A stretch of 29,844 nt of DNA, from the IMG/VR virus record IMGVR_UViG_2541047968_000011; one strand, written 5' to 3'. The notes under the pieces were generated by a model that did no database searches, had not been told where the DNA came from, and was given only the letters and a program-made list of their open reading frames with translations. Of the stretch, positions 26,792 to 29,844 are shown in pieces. This DNA comes from a virus. Taxonomy: Duplodnaviria; Heunggongvirae; Uroviricota; Caudoviricetes. The translations under genes and the position numbers were made by a program. The first letter of the stretch is position 1. Each line of letters opens with the position of its first letter.

Positions 26792-27346
26792 ATGCTTATT
26801 GGCTATGTACGTGTGTCAACAAATGACCAGAACACAGATCTACAGCGTAATGCGCTGAACTGTGCAGGATGCGAGCTGATTTTTGAAGACAAGATAAGCG
26901 GTACAAAGTCCGAAAGGCCGGGACTGAAAAAACTGCTCAGGACATTATCGGAAGGTGACACTCTGGTTGTCTGGAAGCTGGATCGGCTGGGGCGTAGTAT
27001 GCGGCATCTTGTCGTGCTGGTGGAGGAGTTGCGCGAACGAGGCATCAACTTTCGTAGTCTGACGGATTCAATTGATACCAGCACACCAATGGGACGCTTT
27101 TTCTTTCATGTGATGGGTGCCCTGGCTGAAATGGAGCGTGAACTGATTGTTGAACGAACAAAAGCTGGACTGGAAGCTGCTCGCGCACAGGGACGAATTG
27201 GTGGACGTCGCCCCAAACTTACACCAGAACAATGGGAGCAGGCCGGACGATTAATTGCAGCAGGAATTCCTCGCCAGAAGGTAGCGATCATCTATGATAT
27301 TGGTGTATCGACTTTGTATAAGAGGTTTCCAGCCAGGATTATATAA
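26792..27346 (+). CDS. pin: Serine-recombinase DNA invertase (Pin/Gin/Hin/Cin family)
   Basis: 184 aa with N-terminus MLIGYVRVSTNDQNTDLQRNAL... (catalytic Ser in the VRVST context) and a C-terminal HTH. GGAG RBS; adjacent to the invertible fibre segment. Confidence 0.92.
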   Translation: MLIGYVRVSTNDQNTDLQRNALNCAGCELIFEDKISGTKSERPGLKKLLRTLSEGDTLVVWKLDRLGRSMRHLVVLVEELRERGINFRSLTDSIDTSTPMGRFFFHVMGALAEMERELIVERTKAGLEAARAQGRIGGRRPKLTPEQWEQAGRLIAAGIPRQKVAIIYDIGVSTLYKRFPARII

Positions 27347-27542
27347 AACCGCAGACACGCCGTATGCAAGACGTGCTGCGGTTGGCTGATGCACTTTCGA
27401 GAGTGTATGTATTGAATTATTTCCAGCCGTTACTGATTTTACGTATTTTTTGTATGAGAGGAGTTGCACCACCTCTTAAGCATAATTTGTTAGAATCATG
27501 GCAGCACAATAGCCATATATCCAATATAAAATACTTAACCTT

Positions 27543-28442
27543 CTAATCATTATGGAGTATTTGATCGCCGTATGGCCAGCCATTTTCCCCAGGAAGGGTC
27601 ATACCTAACATTGGCATAATACTAAGTTGTCCAATGGTAAATCCTAGAGCACTTGTATTACTGATTCCGGCATAGGTCATATCAAGGGGGTTAGACTCTG
27701 AGCTGGACATAAAAAGATTTCTTGTGCCAATTCTATTCGCCATTGAGAACTGAATATGCCCACCAATTGTATTTACGGTGTCCTGAGATATCCAGTTGTT
27801 TAACGCGATAAATGGCGCCCGCCACCAGTTAAGCGTGCCATTCTCAAAACGCCCCCTCGTCATCTCAATATCTTCCCGAAACTGCTGCTTTCTGTCTCCC
27901 AAGACTACCGGGGTACCTGTTGTCAGGTCAAGGCAGTCCTCAATTACAAGATTAGTGGGGTTTGATGGGGTGTTGTAGATCTTAATGATTTTATGTACCT
28001 GTGTTCTGAAACAGAATCCGTAAATAATCATCTCCGTTGCTACAGAACGGGGAAAAAACTGGCCAATATCCAGTATAAATTTTTCCGCGATTCCCTTTGT
28101 TAAAACTGCAATTTCATAAAGACTCGGGTAACTATCATAAGTCAACTCCGGCTGCTGAACATCATAATAATTAACTTCATGTAATGAAGATAATGATACG
28201 GCAAGTAACTCCTTCACATTTATACCGATCATTGTTCCTCCTGCAAAGCCGAAACCAAACTCCATAATTTTTTCCGGAGATAGACGGTATATGTCATTGG
28301 AGCGAATAACTGATACCGGAATCGAGAATAGTTTAGGACAGTGATTTGTCATTACACTTTCATGCTGGGTGATTCTTGAGTCGCTTACGGCCCAGATACT
28401 TTCCCCTTCTTCCCTGTTTAGCCAGCAGGCTATTGCTGTCAT
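27543..28442 (-). CDS. Hypothetical cargo protein (299 aa from the RBS-supported ATG; the frame is open to 28580), no recognised family
   Basis: Long minus-strand ORF in AT-rich DNA. A strong SD (AAGGGGG) sits 7 nt upstream of the ATG at 28442. It lies immediately downstream of pin. Confidence 0.6.
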   Translation of the reverse strand: MTAIACWLNREEGESIWAVSDSRITQHESVMTNHCPKLFSIPVSVIRSNDIYRLSPEKIMEFGFGFAGGTMIGINVKELLAVSLSSLHEVNYYDVQQPELTYDSYPSLYEIAVLTKGIAEKFILDIGQFFPRSVATEMIIYGFCFRTQVHKIIKIYNTPSNPTNLVIEDCLDLTTGTPVVLGDRKQQFREDIEMTRGRFENGTLNWWRAPFIALNNWISQDTVNTIGGHIQFSMANRIGTRNLFMSSSESNPLDMTYAGISNTSALGFTIGQLSIMPMLGMTLPGENGWPYGDQILHND

Positions 28443-28923
28443 TGAAAACCCCCTTTTAAGTAAAAAAATCAGATTCAGATAGTGCATACATAATTTAGTC
28501 AAGTCATCTCTTTTAAGACGCATTGAGAAATGGTTGCTCAAGGTGCGCCAGTGAACGCGCACGAAAATAACTTCTTGCATTTCCCATTACACTCTGACTT
28601 TAGGGCCGCGTTAGATTTTAACATGGTGGCCGTGCATCCATTTAAATTGGTAATCTGGAGAATGAGTAACGCTGAATAGATTAACAATCTATGCGACTAA
28701 CGGCCCTTAAAAGCGCAGCTCATAACATCGAATTTTACCAGTTTAGTCATTTTTAAAAAGTGCCCGAAAAATGTTGTCCACGATTTGTGCTCTACGTCCC
28801 ATCTTGACCTACTCCCTGATAATTCACTCAGAAGGCGGTTAGCAATGTCCGTTAAGTGCTCACAACGGACATTCAGCCCACTAAATCCGACCGTGTCGCT
28901 CAATATGCGGACAGGTTGTAGTG

Positions 28924-29526
28924 CTAACTGCATTGTAGCTGTGAGATTTCACCATCGATGGCTTCTATAACCTGTTTATAGCGGAGCATGACCTCATCAT
29001 GAATCATCATTAATCCGCGGCCGTACTCTGTGGCTAGGATTGTGTATCTTTTCAGGTGTGCAAGATGTTCTTTGTTGCCAGTAATGTCACTTGCAACCTG
29101 CGTGGAGTCCAGCCGTTCGATAAGCGCATTATTGCCGCGATAGGAATCAATTAGGCTTCTTGCGCTTGTATAAAAAGCCACAATTTTTGAGAGTGTTTCT
29201 CTATGAACTTCAGGTAGGGATGCCGAGTTGGCTTCATAGAACGTGAAGTAGTTTTGAGTAATGGGGAAAATGTTATCGAACGGTGAGTTCCGGTCGTATT
29301 TTTCGATTTCTTCTGCCATTCTGGCCTGATACAGTTTAATCAGTGAGTCTATTTCCTCTCTGACACCCAATAGCGTTGTTATACGCTTCTCTCTGGCCGC
29401 TGTTGCCTGCTGTTTTGCCTGCTGTTTCACCTGAGTTGTCACTCCTATCATCGTGAAACAGCCACCTAAAAGAGCTGCTAAAAATGCGGAGATGAGATCT
29501 GAATATTCGTGCCAGAAGGTTAGCAT
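28924..29526 (-). CDS. Hypothetical membrane-anchored coiled-coil protein (200 aa)
   Basis: Minus-strand ORF with an N-terminal hydrophobic segment (LISAFLAALLGGCFTMIGV) followed by a charged helical region. AT-rich; no convincing SD, so the start is uncertain. Confidence 0.45.
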   Translation of the reverse strand: MLTFWHEYSDLISAFLAALLGGCFTMIGVTTQVKQQAKQQATAAREKRITTLLGVREEIDSLIKLYQARMAEEIEKYDRNSPFDNIFPITQNYFTFYEANSASLPEVHRETLSKIVAFYTSARSLIDSYRGNNALIERLDSTQVASDITGNKEHLAHLKRYTILATEYGRGLMMIHDEVMLRYKQVIEAIDGEISQLQCS

Positions 29527-29844
29527 GGCGAAAATTCCATTGGGTTAAATTATGTCTATTTAACCACATAATGATACGAAGATACCTTCCAAAATGTTGC
29601 CATGTACTCATCTGTTGTTGCCTGGCTGGTGACGTGTCTGGGTGTTAGCACCGTGCTCTCTCATTGTCTGAGTCTGGGCCAATCCACGCTCATAGCAGGC
29701 ATTCACTTCAGTCATGGCGGAAAGGTATGCATGCTGGGTGGGGAAAGTGTGAAAGAAAAGAAGACTGCTGCGTCGTTTGTCGTCACGTTTATCTTCATTG
29801 GCTATGCAAGTCGTAATACAAGGTGGGACAAAACTGAGACACAT

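Noticed and set aside
27349-27386. Hairpin (aaccgcag...ctgcggtt) just after the pin stop as a terminator
   Set aside because: The stem is good but no U-tract follows on either strand, so it was not listed as a feature; it could still be a weak or factor-dependent terminator.
1-29844. CRISPR array or other regularly spaced direct repeats
   Set aside because: No regularly spaced short repeats were found on inspection; the only notable repeats are the IS26 inverted repeats and duplications and the invertase crossover sites.
29608-29844. 78-aa minus-strand ORF at the window end
   Set aside because: No RBS, odd composition and it runs off the window; insufficient evidence to call a gene.

Overview
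This window is an internal ~30 kb slice of an intact-looking mosaic temperate prophage from an enterobacterial host, almost entirely on the + strand. In order it contains: a lambdoid nin/late-regulation region (rusA, a KilA-N/Roi-like gene preceded by a LexA-box-like sequence, a DUF968-like gene, a Q antiterminator); a lambda-type lysis cassette (S-like holin, R transglycosylase, Rz with embedded Rz1); an HK97-type packaging and head module (HNH, TerS, TerL, portal, prohead protease, major capsid, connector proteins); a Mu-type contractile tail and baseplate (sheath, tube, chaperone with a -1 frameshift, tape measure, gp43-gp48 homologues); and an e14-like Pin-invertible tail-fibre segment with two recognisable 26-bp crossover sites. 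An IS26 copy (820 bp, perfect 14-bp inverted repeats, intact 8-bp target duplication) has split the minus-strand tail-fibre assembly gene inside the invertible segment. Three visibly AT-rich cargo loci of unknown function sit at classical moron/defence hotspots: a 261-aa protein with an R-x4-H HEPN-like motif between Q and the holin, a 287-aa protein between Rz and the HNH/terminase genes, and two minus-strand genes downstream of pin. These are the best candidates for an undescribed system, but their function is inference only. All family assignments are from reading the translations and recalling family signatures; no database search was run.
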